Shown one piece after another: positions 32,533 to 43,728 of a DNA stretch of 64,000 nucleotides (its first letter is position 1; each line of letters opens with the position of its first letter). Below the pieces are notes generated by a model. It made no database searches and was not told the DNA's origin. It saw nothing but the letters and a program-made list of their open reading frames with translations. The stretch is from the NCBI GenBank assembly GCA_965224085.1, contig CBDCYI010000004.1, positions 1,760,001 to 1,824,000 on the forward strand. The letters run 5' to 3'. The DNA comes from Candidatus Marinacidobacterales bacterium. Its GTDB lineage: Bacteria; Acidobacteriota; Vicinamibacteria; Marinacidobacterales; SMYC01. The translations under genes were made by a program, and so were the position numbers.

Positions 32533-33720
32533 CTAAGCCACCACCGTCTCGCAAGCGAGAACGAGGCCTCTAGTGGCGTGCTCGTAGGAATATTGGCTCA
32601 CGCGATCGCGACACTTCGCCCTACGCACCACGCCGTCCGCCTTCTCCAAACGGAGTCGCGTCAGCTCACACGCCAGGGCTTGGACGTTGCCTGCAGGAAA
32701 GACCTCGCCGGTCTCGCCGGGGACGATCAAATCAGGCGCGCAGCCCACACCGTCGCTCACGACACAAGGGAGTCCTGTAGCCAAAGCCTCATTGACGACG
32801 AGTCCCCAAGTCTCGTGCTCGCTCGGTAAAACGAGACAGTCCGACGTCGCATAGGCACGCCCTAATTCACTTTGATTCTGAAAGCCGCGCCAAACTACCG
32901 GGATATCTTTTCGCTGCGCCTCCTCGCGGCACCGCGACTCGAGCCCGCCACTTCCCGCCACCAAGAAGACGCATTCCGCGCTCATGGCGTGGATGGCTTC
33001 GATGACATCGAGAGGTCGTTTATCTGGAACGAGCTTGCCGACGAAGAGCGCGACGAAGGCATCCTCGGCTATCCCCCACCCGCGGCGGGCTTCAGCTCGA
33101 AGCTCCGTGCCGGCAAAGGCCTCCGCTTCTCGCGCGAAAAACGCGTTGTCCACGGCGTGCGGTGAATCGAATACGCGATCCGTCGGCGCGACGAAATACT
33201 CCAAATACGCGTGCGCTAGAGCACCCACACTCAACCAAGCATCGAAGCGACCGAGAAGGAAACGCGTGCGCCTTTGCCAGGCCCAACGCCTCACGCCCGA
33301 TCGATTTCCTGCGAGATTCGTGTCGCCTCGATAGACGAGCGGGATGCCCGCTCGTCGGCACTCCCAAATCGCGCGGAGCAGATAAGCGGAATGCCAGCCG
33401 CTCACGAGCGCGACGTCAGGCGCCGTAGCGCGGATGGCACCACCGAGCTCGGCAACATCCAAACCAAAGAAATGCTGACTCGAGATCGAATCACTGTCCT
33501 TCGTCGTGCGCAGCACTTGGTTGCAATAGCCCTCGCGAAGAGAGCCATCCCACGTGAACGCGCGGGCGAACGCTACACCCTGTTGATTTGCGGTAGGCTC
33601 GATCGCGTAGAGCACGGTCAAGTCCAGCTCGGGAGCTTCTTGCGCGATGAAACGAAACCACGGCGAAAAATACTGGATCGGATGGGTCATAAACACCGTA
33701 AGTCGAATCCGTCGATTCAT
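32533..33720 (-). CDS. GT4 glycosyltransferase
   Basis: THPIQY, FVGKL..KRP, GFQNQSEL, ETWGLVVNEALA. Confidence 0.9.
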   Translation of the reverse strand: MNRRIRLTVFMTHPIQYFSPWFRFIAQEAPELDLTVLYAIEPTANQQGVAFARAFTWDGSLREGYCNQVLRTTKDSDSISSQHFFGLDVAELGGAIRATAPDVALVSGWHSAYLLRAIWECRRAGIPLVYRGDTNLAGNRSGVRRWAWQRRTRFLLGRFDAWLSVGALAHAYLEYFVAPTDRVFDSPHAVDNAFFAREAEAFAGTELRAEARRGWGIAEDAFVALFVGKLVPDKRPLDVIEAIHAMSAECVFLVAGSGGLESRCREEAQRKDIPVVWRGFQNQSELGRAYATSDCLVLPSEHETWGLVVNEALATGLPCVVSDGVGCAPDLIVPGETGEVFPAGNVQALACELTRLRLEKADGVVRRAKCRDRVSQYSYEHATRGLVLACETVVA

Positions 33721-35057
33721 GGCTTACGCGTGACCTGATCGAAAACGCCCGCCAAACGTCCAGCGAGAGCGCGGGCGGAAAAATCCTCGACGACGCCCGG
33801 GTCGGCGCCTGCCGCTGTTTCGGCGGGTTGGTCGCAAAGTGCTTTGAGCCGTTCGTAGATGGCGTCGACACGTTGCAACGCCCCTCGTTCGCGATTGTAG
33901 GTAATGAGTCGAATACCCGGCGCTTCCCCTGCCCGGCGTAAGATCGAGACAACGCTGCTTTTCTCATGAAAGACAGCCAGTAGGGGTCGCCCCGCCATGA
34001 GCGCGGGATAGAGCTTGCTCGCGGTGTAATGCGCCTCGCTGCTCCCCATCAAGAGAATCGCGCTCGAGTTTGCGAGCACGTTTAGCGCGTCCAAATAGTC
34101 GATGCGGGCCGGCCGCTCGTCGACGACATCCGCGACGCCGAGCCGCTCCGCTTCTGGCAATACACGCCCGGGCGCGTTCTCCGTCGTCTGGTTGCTCGTT
34201 CCGTAGAAATGAAGGCTCAAGCGCGCATAGGCCTCTGGGCGTCCGTCTCGGAGACATCCCACCGCTTCGAGCACCGCGCGAAGGGTCTCGAAGCCGAGGG
34301 GCAGGAGAGTCCCTACATAGGAAATGTGGAGCCGCCCGTCATGGGCATCGAAATAAGGGTTGGGACGCGCTTGGGCACGGAGTGTTTCGAAATCCCGGCG
34401 GTCCGAGCCGATCGGTATCTCGACGCAAGGTGTATTCTCCGCCGCGCGGATGCGCTTTTGCACCGCACGAAAAGTCCCTTCGGACACGGCGGTGATGGCA
34501 TCGGCCGCACGCACCGCCACGGGTTCGAGACGAAGCGCCAGCGCTCGCGACACCCGGCTCTTCAAATCCGGGGTTCCGTTCTTGCCGCCCCCCGTCATCT
34601 GGCCCCAAGAAGACACCCACGGATCCTGATAGTCGAGCACCAAGGGGAGCGAAGCCTTCCGCTTCAACGCCGGTCCCATCAAAGCGGGATAGGTCGGATA
34701 GATGGTGATGAAGACACAGTCGAACGTCTCGCGTAGGACCAGTTCGAGTGCCGCGCGACGAAGGCCACAATAGGCGCGAAGGCCGAGATCTCCCACGCGC
34801 ATCACGCGCGTCCATCGCGGCGACCATGCACGGATCCGGACCACGCGCAGCTCCGGCGGAACGAGCTTCTCGAGATCCCAATCGAGCCGCCCTTCATAGT
34901 CCCGCGGATCGACTGTCAAGACGGTGGGCTCGAAACCGAAGGTCGGCAGATGTGGGGCGATCAGCCGGACACGGTGAGTGCCTGCTGACGTGTCCGGCGG
35001 GAAATGCGGGCTCACCATCAATACGCGGCGCACGTCTATGGACATCTCACGGGTCAT
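33717..35057 (-). CDS. GT4-like glycosyltransferase
   Basis: VLMVSPHFPP, LDYQDPW, ISYVGT, YTASKLYP..MAGRPLLA. Confidence 0.8.
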   Translation of the reverse strand: MTREMSIDVRRVLMVSPHFPPDTSAGTHRVRLIAPHLPTFGFEPTVLTVDPRDYEGRLDWDLEKLVPPELRVVRIRAWSPRWTRVMRVGDLGLRAYCGLRRAALELVLRETFDCVFITIYPTYPALMGPALKRKASLPLVLDYQDPWVSSWGQMTGGGKNGTPDLKSRVSRALALRLEPVAVRAADAITAVSEGTFRAVQKRIRAAENTPCVEIPIGSDRRDFETLRAQARPNPYFDAHDGRLHISYVGTLLPLGFETLRAVLEAVGCLRDGRPEAYARLSLHFYGTSNQTTENAPGRVLPEAERLGVADVVDERPARIDYLDALNVLANSSAILLMGSSEAHYTASKLYPALMAGRPLLAVFHEKSSVVSILRRAGEAPGIRLITYNRERGALQRVDAIYERLKALCDQPAETAAGADPGVVEDFSARALAGRLAGVFDQVTRKP

Positions 35058-35865
35058 CTCTGGGATCTCGAGCGTCGATCGCCCGCTCGCCCCCATAGAG
35101 GCGGAAATAGTCGTCGGCGATCGCATCCATCGTTCGTGGCGCCGGGAGCGCATCCCGCCATACGGCGAGGGTCTTGCGAGGCGCAGCGACGACCTCCTCG
35201 ATCGCGGCGGCGAGCGCCGCGGGCTTGCCGGGCGTCACGAGCCGACCGCTCACTCCGTCCTCGATGATCTCGGCAAGCCCACCGATACGCGTCCCGATCA
35301 CTGGTGTTCCCACGGCATGGGCCTCGAGTGCGGGGATCTTCGAGAGCACGGCGCCCGCGCTTCGCACCAGAGAGCCGTTCGAGACGACGCAAGCGGTACA
35401 TTTGCCGGGTGCGGCGAGGCCGTCGCAAAGCTCGCGACCCCGGCGCATCATCGTACCCCTCTGGCAAACATATCCGAGACCCGGCGTGTGAAAGGTGACG
35501 ATGACGCGAGCACCGAGGCGCTTCGCCACCTTCAATTCGTCGAGCCCTAGTCCCGTCACGAGCGAGTGACAATGAAAGATGGCGGGAGACTTTGTCTCGA
35601 GCCAGCGATGTAACGCCTCCACTCCCGGGACCGGTTCCCGGCCTTGCGCCTGCGCTCGATTTGGGAATGCGGGGATCGGGTAGCGGAAAACTTCGACGCC
35701 CTCGACTTCGTACGAGTGACCTTCGATAATTCTTGAGTCCGGCACCGCGATCGCGACGCGATAGCCATGGTGGCGGAGTCTCCGCGCGAGAGCTCGAACG
35801 TAGATTTCGGTGCCCCCGAGTTTTTCGGGAAAATACCACCCAAGCGCCTGGACGACGGTCGTCAT
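35047..35865 (-). pseudogene. GT4 glycosyltransferase with internal deletion
   Basis: WYFPEKLGGTEIY N-terminal domain joined directly to LEAHAVGTPVIGTRIGGLAE; only 272 aa, with most of the second Rossmann domain missing. Confidence 0.7.
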
Positions 35866-37779
35866 GCCCCCACCATCCGCCAGGCTACCGGACGAATCTC
35901 TTGAGCCGGCAGATCTTCACGAGACGATGCGCCGATGGCCTGGAGCCGTTCGAGCCATGTGCTATAGGCTATGAGCGCCCACGGACGCGACCAGTGCACA
36001 CGCCCACGCGAGAGCGCGTCCCAGAGCCGGTCCACCGCTTGGCTCTCGAAAATTCCTGGCGCGAGCGCCCGCTCGCTGAGCTCCTCGCGGTGGTCGACGA
36101 GCCAGCTTTGAAAAGGGAGGGTGAAGCCTTGTTTCGGCCGGTCCCATACTTCCCGCGGAAGGGGCACATCGAGAGCACGCATCAAGAGCGGTTTGTTGAC
36201 ACGGCGTGAAAACTTGACGTGATGCGGCAGTCGAAATACGGCCTCCACGAGCGCGTGGTCCAGGAATGGCACGCGCGCTTCGAGTGAGTGCGTCATGCTC
36301 ATGACATCCGTATCGCGAAGAAGTTGATGTGGCAGGTAGATCCCGAACTCGAGCCGCATGGCGCTTCGGAGAAGATCGTCGCCCTCGAGCGTTGACGGTA
36401 GATCTCCCCGTATCTCGTACGGCTCGCTTCCAGGGACGAGCTCTAAGATTTGCCCCGGACTGAACAGACCACGAAAAAGAAGATAGAGATTGCGCGCGTT
36501 CACGCTCGCGAGATATTCGAGCTTGCCACCCGAGTGCCCCGCCATCGACGCGCTCACCAAAGGAAGCGAGGTGCCTTCGCGCAAAACGCGGAGAACGCTC
36601 GAGCCATCGGACGAACGGGGCGAGAGCGCGCAACTTTCGGAAGTGGGGATAGCCGAGAAACACTTCGTCGCCGCCGACGCCGCTAAGCACGACGGTGAGG
36701 CCGGCCTGGCGGGCGGCGTGTGAGACGAAAAAGCTGTTCACGCCGTCGACGGTGGGTGAATCCATCGCTCTAAACACATCCGGCAGTGCGCCGAGGAAAT
36801 CCTGGCCGTCGAGACGTATCTCTCGATGGTCGGTGCCGTATCTTTGCGCGACGACACGGGCATAGCGAGCTTCATTCAGCCCCGGCTCGTCGAAAACAAC
36901 GGAAAGGGTCGTGACCTTGGAGCTCGAGAACTTCGCCGCGAGTGCGATGAGCGTGGCGGAATCCATACCGCCGCTCGAGAAGACGCCGAGAGGGACGTCG
37001 CTGACGAGCCGCATACGGACGGACTCCGCGAGGAGCTCTCGCACGTGCTCGATGTCATCGTCTCGCGCATCGTTAATGGCTGCGGGAGCAGGCAGGCTCC
37101 AGTAGCGATGGACGCTCCGCGAACCCTTGCACACCTCCATATAGTGCGCGGGCTCGAGCATGAACACGCCTTCTACAGCGGTTCCCGGTCCGGGGACGGA
37201 ACCAAGAGCCAGAAAAGACGTGAGCGCCGCCTCGGCAGGCTTCGCAGGAACGAGCCCGCTCGCGACGATCGCCGATAGCTCCGAGGCAAATACGAGCCGG
37301 TCTTCCCCTTCGGCATAGTAAAGCGGTTTGATCCCTAGGCGATCCCGCACGAGATAGAGCTTCCGTTCGTGCAGCGGGCGAGCGTCGTAGAGAGCGAAAG
37401 CGAACATGCCACAGAGTCGCGGCAAAAGTCCTTGGAGGCCCCAGGACTCGTAGCCGTGAATAAGGACTTCGAAATCCGAATTCGAGCGAAAACGGTGTCC
37501 AGAAGCGCGTAGCTCCGCACGAAGCGCCTCGAAGTTGTAAATCTCCCCATTGAAGCTAACCCAGACATCACCCGTTTCATTCGGCATCGGCTGCCGCGCG
37601 GAGGCGGTGAGGTCGATCACGGCGAGCCGGGCGTGACCCAATAGCACGCTAGAAGTGCTGAAGGCGCCTTCGTCATCGGGGCCGCGATGGGCTTCGGCGC
37701 GCAACATCCGCGCGAGCGCCAAACGATCCATTGCGTCGATCCGCCCACTTCGACGAACGACACCGCCAATGCCACACAT
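35862..37779 (-). pseudogene. asnB: Asparagine synthase (glutamine-hydrolysing), polysaccharide amidotransferase type; frameshift or deletion near 36570
   Basis: MCGIGG, HRGPDD, FNGEIYN, RDRLGIKPLYY, SGGMDS, LSGVGGDE. LLRDTDVMSM.HSLEARVPFLD is in another frame. Confidence 0.85.
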
Positions 37780-37845
37780 TTTTTTGGAGGAATGCTTTCG
37801 TTAAAGATGATAAGCCTTCTTCGCACAAAAGGCTACGAGGAAGCT

Positions 37846-37874
37846 TTGACAGAGTCGCCCGTCGCCGCTAGACT
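37846..37874 (+). promoter_or_regulatory. Sigma70-type promoter upstream of the wza-like gene
   Basis: TTGACA (37846-37851), 17-nt spacer, TAGACT (37869-37874). Confidence 0.6.
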
Positions 37875-37908
37875 TGAAATAACCTTTTCTTCACAAGACA
37901 AATCGACC

Positions 37909-38350
37909 GTGTCAACTCTCGTGGTTCTGAGTTTCGCCGTTTCCTATGCCCTCGGCTTGCAAGCAACGGCGAATTCCAACATCCCTTCCAATGTGAGCAT
38001 CCAGCCCGGCGAAGTTCCTCTGAGCCTGTTCTTTCGTACGGCCACCCGAGAGAACATAGATTACCGACTGGGGCGCGAGGACGTCATCGAGATTCGCGTA
38101 TTCGAGCTCGACCAGCTCAACCGAACGGTGCGGATCTCGGGTGACGGGAGCATCGAGCTGCCTCTTGTCGGACGGTTGCCCGCTTCGGGCATGACAGCGG
38201 AGGAGCTTGCGGAGGAGGTCGCGTCACACCTGCGCGATCGCTACGTCCAGAATCCCCAGGTCTCGATTTTCATCCTCGAGTTCAACTCGCGAAAGGTTTC
38301 TCTTCTCGGTGCTGTGCAAGCGCCAGCGTCCTACGCCCTCTTAGGCCAGC
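37909..38350 (+). pseudogene. Polysaccharide export (Wza/OPX) protein, N-terminal fragment
   Basis: DYRLGREDVIEIRVF, ISGDGSIELPLVG, YVQNPQVSIFI, VSLLGAVQAP; homology ends in the first SLBB domain. Confidence 0.8.
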
Positions 38351-38577
38351 GACGTACCGCGCTCTCGAGCAAGCTCCGTCTTTCTATCAGTCGCCGTTCC
38401 TCCTCGCAGCGTTCTACGCGAACCGTCTCGAGCAGCCAGAACGGATCGAGCAGAGTTTCGAGGCCGCGATTCGCCGGTTTCCCGCCAATGGGCGACTTCA
38501 TTTGACTTTTGCCGAGTGGCTCTTGACGCCGCGTATGACGGGGCCGTATCGCGCCTATCGCGAGACGGAGGGCTAGA

Positions 38578-39544
38578 GTGGGCTCTGGAATCGTGCTCCT
38601 GATGCTCACCGTTTGGATCGCCCTCTCGCTCGCGCCGCTCCCTTCCTCTTTGCTGTCCATCCTCTCGCCTCGAGCGCTTCAGCTCAAGACCGAGGCTTTG
38701 AGCTTGAGCAGCGCTTCCGGGGAGGCCACGGCGTTCGCGTGGAGTCTCGTTCCGTTTGCTCTTGATGCACTATCGAGAAGGCATTCATCTCGCCCGCGAC
38801 AAAACGAGCGCTCAAGAAGCCAAAGCTCGTACCGTGCTCTTGGGATTAGGCGTCGGCGTGATCGCTCTCAGCTTGCTATTTTCACTATCGCGCTCCGGCG
38901 TGACCTTCGCCATGATCGGTTGCGCCTTTTTCTTCTACGCGACCCGGAGTCGCGGCGAGTCACGAGGCTTGCTCGCGGCGGGCGCTATCGTCCTCACGGT
39001 GAGTGCGCTTTGGATCGGCGTTCACCCGCTTCTCTCCCGCTTCGAGGCCATTGAGCTCACGAGTGAGCAACAAGGCCGTGCGCTCGTCTGGCGGGACAGC
39101 CTCGATACAGTCTCCGATTTCTGGCTTGCCGGGTCCGGGATGAGCTCGTTTCAATACATCTTCCCTGCTTATCGAAGCTTCGGTGGGCGACGCTTCTTCT
39201 CCTGGGCCCACAACGACTACCTGCAGCTCGCGGTAGAGCTTGGGTTGCCAGGTCTCTTCTTGTGCGGGCTGCTGTTGTTCTGGATCGTCGGCCGGGCCGT
39301 CCAGGTACGCCAAAAACTCGCCCACCAAACAAGGCTTCGCGATCTGCATGCCGGCTATTGTGGCGCGACCCTCGCTGTCTCACTCCATAGCTTTACCGAC
39401 TTCGGCCTCCATCTGCCAGCGAATGCCGCTCTTTTTGCCGTTGTCCTCGGAGTGGTGACGGGTCTCTCGCCATTGCGCCGCTCGGCGAAGAGCGCGACGG
39501 CCAAGGGGGACAAAAGACTCCGTCGTTCACCGCCTATTGCTTGA
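38578..39544 (+). pseudogene. O-antigen ligase (Wzy_C) family protein, internally deleted and frameshifted
   Basis: SLAPLP..LL..LSP N-terminal piece, then SLSRSG, R..VWRD, GSGMSSF, AHNDYLQLAVELG, HSFTDFGLH.PAN. Confidence 0.78.
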
Positions 39545-39694
39545 TGCGCATTCCGTTCACGTTTTTGGAGCTGGTCTAGCTTGAAACCCAACAAATCGCT
39601 TTGCACACATCCCCACATCCCCATTTCTTACGGTTGTTGGCAGCCTGCTAGAGCTTGACGGGCCGCGGCCCGTTCCTCTACGCTCTTCGCGTCA

Positions 39695-40759
39695 ATGACA
39701 TCCTTACCCGACGGGAAGCTCCCGAATCAGCTCTTGAAAGAGCTTTTGGCGAAGCTGGCTATGGACGATGTCCATCTCAAAGTCGGCCCTTCACCCGGAG
39801 AGGACGCCGCCGCCATCGACCGTGGCGATCACTATCTCTTGCTCGCGGCGGATCCGATCACGTTTTTGCCGCAGCGCATCGGATGGTACGCCGTACACGT
39901 CAATGCCAACGACATCGCGGCCATGGGCGGCACGCCAAAATATTTCATGTCGACGGTCTTGCTTCCCTCGGGCGCGGCTACCGACGAGATGGTGCGCGAC
40001 ATTCTCGGGGATATCGCGGCCGCGTGCCGCGAGCTCGGATGTCTCGCCGTCGGAGGTCATACCGAAGTCACCGGTGGCATCGACCGTCCGATCGTGGCGG
40101 GCGCGATGGTTGGCGAGGTCGAACGGGAGCGGCTCGTCACGTCGCAAGGCGCTCGGCCGGGCGACATGCTCCTTTTGACCAAAGGTGTCGCGATAGAAGC
40201 AACGGCGATCCTCGCACAGGAGCGTCCGCAGGAGATTCGCGAAAGCTTCGGCGAAGAGTTTCTCGACAAGGCGGCGCGCTTTCTCGACGATCCTGGACTC
40301 TCGGTGCTTCCCGATAGCCGCGCGGCGGTCGCCGCTGGCGGTGTCACCGCCATGCACGACGTGACGGAAGGAGGCGTCACAACGGCGCTCTGGGAGCTTG
40401 CGGAGGCCTCGGACGTGGGTCTCGTCGTGAGCGAAACCGAGATCCCCCGCTTTTGGGAGTCGAGCTCGCTGGCCGAGCGGTTTCATTTCAACGTTCTCGG
40501 CGCTATCGGTTCAGGAGCGCTCGTTCTCACCGTCGGTGAGAGCGAGACCGAAGGGGTGCTCGAGAGTCTCGAGAGCCACAGCGTCGAGGGGTTCGTGATT
40601 GGCCGCGTGGTCGAGCAAGACCAGGGGATACATTTGATGCGCGGCAAAGAAAAGACCACGCTGCCGAGGTTCACGACGGACGAGATCTCTCGCGTCCTCG
40701 GAATGTCCGGAGATGTCGTCCTCGGAACGTTTGAAGATCCAGAAAGTGACGTGAGCTGA
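39695..40759 (+). CDS. AIR synthase-related (HypE-like) protein
   Basis: GKLP, GEDAAAI, DPIT, VNANDIAAMG, GGHTEVT, MHDVTEGG. Confidence 0.85.
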   Translation: MTSLPDGKLPNQLLKELLAKLAMDDVHLKVGPSPGEDAAAIDRGDHYLLLAADPITFLPQRIGWYAVHVNANDIAAMGGTPKYFMSTVLLPSGAATDEMVRDILGDIAAACRELGCLAVGGHTEVTGGIDRPIVAGAMVGEVERERLVTSQGARPGDMLLLTKGVAIEATAILAQERPQEIRESFGEEFLDKAARFLDDPGLSVLPDSRAAVAAGGVTAMHDVTEGGVTTALWELAEASDVGLVVSETEIPRFWESSSLAERFHFNVLGAIGSGALVLTVGESETEGVLESLESHSVEGFVIGRVVEQDQGIHLMRGKEKTTLPRFTTDEISRVLGMSGDVVLGTFEDPESDVS

Positions 40760-40915
40760 TGTCGAGCGCGGCGACGCTCGCGCTCCCGGCGTCGGCAGGG
40801 TTTCTCCTTTTCGGACTTGTCACAGGCGTTTGGAAGTAGATGACCTTCGGGATGCTCCTTCTCATCGTGGGTGAGTTCGGCAGCATTTCCGTTCTCGTCT
40901 GGCGCTTTCTCGTTT

Positions 40916-43498
40916 ATGCAACGAACCACTGATACAGGACAGTGCTTGACACGGCTTTTCAGGTGGGTACCTGTCGCCATACTCATGGCACTTCCCTTTC
41001 TCTACCATTTAAAGCTTTTTTCGCCGAATCCCGAAGAACGAAGGATTTTTCGGGGCGATTTTCTCAACCAGCACTATGTGTGGAAAAGCTACGCACTCTC
41101 GAGAGCTCGCTCCGGAGAGCTCGCTCTCTGGAATCCCCACGTCCTCGGCGGCGTTGCCATTCACGCCAATCCGCAAGTCGGGATCTTCTATCCGCCGACA
41201 TACTCGCTCCTGCCATTCACTAGCGAAGGACGGCTCGACTACATCGCCCTCGAGATCTACCAGCTCCTCCATCAAGCTTTCGCCGGCCTGGGCATGCTGC
41301 TTCTGATGCGCTCGATCGGGAGCCGACCGGCCGGCGCACTGTTGGCAGCGCTCATTTTCGCATTCACAGGCTTTTTCACAACGCCTGGCCACCATACCAT
41401 CGTGATCACAGCCACTTGGATCCCGTGGGCGCTCCTCGCCACGAGGCGAGCCATGAGGCAAGGCGGACCGGGATCTCTCGCTGTGCTCGCCGCAACGCTT
41501 GCGCTCATGGTGCTCGCAGGGCATCCGCAAGTCGCTTATTACGGCCTTCTACTGACAGCTCTCTGGGCTATCGCTTGTGGAGGATTGAAACAGAGCGCAA
41601 CGCGATTCTTGCCAGCGTTGTTTCTCGCTATCGCCATCACCGGAGTTCAGCTGATCCCCACCTATCGCCTCGCCGAGGATTCGTCCCGAGCCGCACTCGG
41701 CTACGAATATTCGACGTCGTTCGGATTCTCGCCCTACTTTCTCGCTGCAGCCTTCATCCCGAAAGGTCAAGTTCGCCTCCCGGGTCAAGACGATTCCGCG
41801 CCACTTCACCTCTATGTCGGGGTCGGCACGTTGCTTCTAGCCGCCGTGGGCTTCCTGCTGTCGGAGACTAAAGGTCATCTTTTTTTCGCCGCTTCCGCTG
41901 CGACGGCTTTGTTTCTCTCGTTCGGGCGGGAGTCCCCCCTTTTCGATTGGTTCTACGCGGCTCTCCCTGGCTTCGATCGCTTTCGTGTTCCGTACCGACT
42001 ACTCGGAATCTATACGCTCGGTATGTCCGTCCTAGCGGGGCTCGGCCTCTCGGTGCTCGAAGAGCTCAGCCGCAAGCAGCGTTTGCGCCTGCGCAGCATC
42101 GTCCGGAGCGCATTCGCCTTACTCGTGGTGCTCACGTTGTGGGCAGGGTTCATGCACACGCGTGTCGTTACGCTCTCTGGCTCCTCTGAGCTCACAGCAC
42201 TTTCGCCCGCTCAAGTGGAGCGCCTCGTTGGCGGCGCATATTGGGCCGTTCTGATCGTGACGATCCACGTGCTCTTCTTGACGCTGCTTCTTTGGCGTCC
42301 ACGCGAAAAATGGGTCATCTATGGGCTCGTGGGCGCCGCGATCCTGGACGTGGGCACGTTCGTGAAGGACCGCGGCGAGCGTCCGTATCGGACACTCGTA
42401 CGGGCCGGAGAGCGCGCGGAGCATCGCCTGGTACAGGCACAAGGCTATCGAAGCCGCTACGTCTCTGAGTCCAACTTGGAGAACTATGCCGCACTCCACG
42501 AAGTAGACTTCGCGGGCGGACACGAGGCTCTCGTCGACCGCCACTACGCCGAGCTTCTCGATGCGAGCCATACGAGCGCGAACGCGCTGTCGCTTTTGAA
42601 CGCCAAGTTCATCGTACGACAAAAGCCTCAATCCGCCTTCCCCTGGTGCGGTCCGCGCTACGCGTCGCCACTTCCCCTGCTCGACATCCCGGCCGGCATG
42701 GCGCCCGCGCGTTTAGAGCTTTTGCCGCCTGTGGACGTCTCGAGCATTCGCCTCGATTGGCATCCGCTCGGCCCGGGCGGAACGGCTTCTGTCGACTTCG
42801 GTGGAGAAGTGTTTCCCCTCGAGCCCGGCCGGCCGCTCGAGCTCCGCTTCGTCGAGCGGAGGTCTATTGACGTGTTCACGGTCATGGTCGACGGCGACAA
42901 TCCGGGGATCCAAATCGAAGGCATCGAAGTCGACCTCAACCCGCTCGCGCTCGTCACGGATTTCATGCGCCTCGGCAACATCAAGATCAATCTCCACGCG
43001 CTCCCCCGGTCCTATTTCATGGTGCCTTCGGACGTCCCGGAGGAAATCCAAACGCTCGACGCGCTCCGGTGCTGGAGCGTCCACGAGGGGGTTCAAGCAC
43101 GGCACCCCGAATCCGGTGAAGGCGCGTCAGGTTTTTTCCGGAAGGACGCGACCGAAATCACCATCTATGAGCCCGAGCTCATCGAGATACGGACCCGCTC
43201 GCCGCGGGCGGGCTTCGTCATTCTCGCGGACACGCTTCGTCCTGGCTGGGTGGCGGAAGTCGATGGCATCGAAACACCCGTCCTTCGGGCGCAATGGTCC
43301 ATGCGCGCCGCCGCCGTACCCGCAGGCGAGCACGTCGTCCGCTTCCGGTACCAACCGCGCGCTCTCACGGCCGGAATGCTCGTGAGTTTGTCGGCGCTTC
43401 TCGTCCTCGTCGCACTCGCTGTGGCCGAATGGCGCCCACGCCGCAAGAAAATACCTCTCCAGGCGGACGAAGACTTCGTCAGCACCGAGCACCAGTGA
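40916..43498 (+). CDS. YfhO-family (GT-C fold) membrane glycosyltransferase
   Basis: GD...HY, LWNPH.LGG..IHANPQ..FYPP, LAGHPQ, FRVPYR, and C-terminal PGW.AEVDG...MRA..VPAGEH.V.F.Y.P. Start uncertain. Confidence 0.82.
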   Translation: MQRTTDTGQCLTRLFRWVPVAILMALPFLYHLKLFSPNPEERRIFRGDFLNQHYVWKSYALSRARSGELALWNPHVLGGVAIHANPQVGIFYPPTYSLLPFTSEGRLDYIALEIYQLLHQAFAGLGMLLLMRSIGSRPAGALLAALIFAFTGFFTTPGHHTIVITATWIPWALLATRRAMRQGGPGSLAVLAATLALMVLAGHPQVAYYGLLLTALWAIACGGLKQSATRFLPALFLAIAITGVQLIPTYRLAEDSSRAALGYEYSTSFGFSPYFLAAAFIPKGQVRLPGQDDSAPLHLYVGVGTLLLAAVGFLLSETKGHLFFAASAATALFLSFGRESPLFDWFYAALPGFDRFRVPYRLLGIYTLGMSVLAGLGLSVLEELSRKQRLRLRSIVRSAFALLVVLTLWAGFMHTRVVTLSGSSELTALSPAQVERLVGGAYWAVLIVTIHVLFLTLLLWRPREKWVIYGLVGAAILDVGTFVKDRGERPYRTLVRAGERAEHRLVQAQGYRSRYVSESNLENYAALHEVDFAGGHEALVDRHYAELLDASHTSANALSLLNAKFIVRQKPQSAFPWCGPRYASPLPLLDIPAGMAPARLELLPPVDVSSIRLDWHPLGPGGTASVDFGGEVFPLEPGRPLELRFVERRSIDVFTVMVDGDNPGIQIEGIEVDLNPLALVTDFMRLGNIKINLHALPRSYFMVPSDVPEEIQTLDALRCWSVHEGVQARHPESGEGASGFFRKDATEITIYEPELIEIRTRSPRAGFVILADTLRPGWVAEVDGIETPVLRAQWSMRAAAVPAGEHVVRFRYQPRALTAGMLVSLSALLVLVALAVAEWRPRRKKIPLQADEDFVSTEHQ

Positions 43499-43728
43499 AG
43501 CCCATGACTCGTTGGAAAAACAAAGAGAAGTGGGACGAGAAAATAGTTTTCTCGGCTTTATCTCCATGCCACACCCGCTGCCTTAGACAGTGGCTTTTTC
43601 CCAACAGATCGACAAAAAGCGTGACGCGTTTTCTCGCCTTTTTCGGGCGCAGGCGGGGCATTAACCCCTTGGAATCTGCACTTTAGGATTCGGGCCGGAC
43701 TGGTCCAAAACTTGCATCTCCGAAAGCC

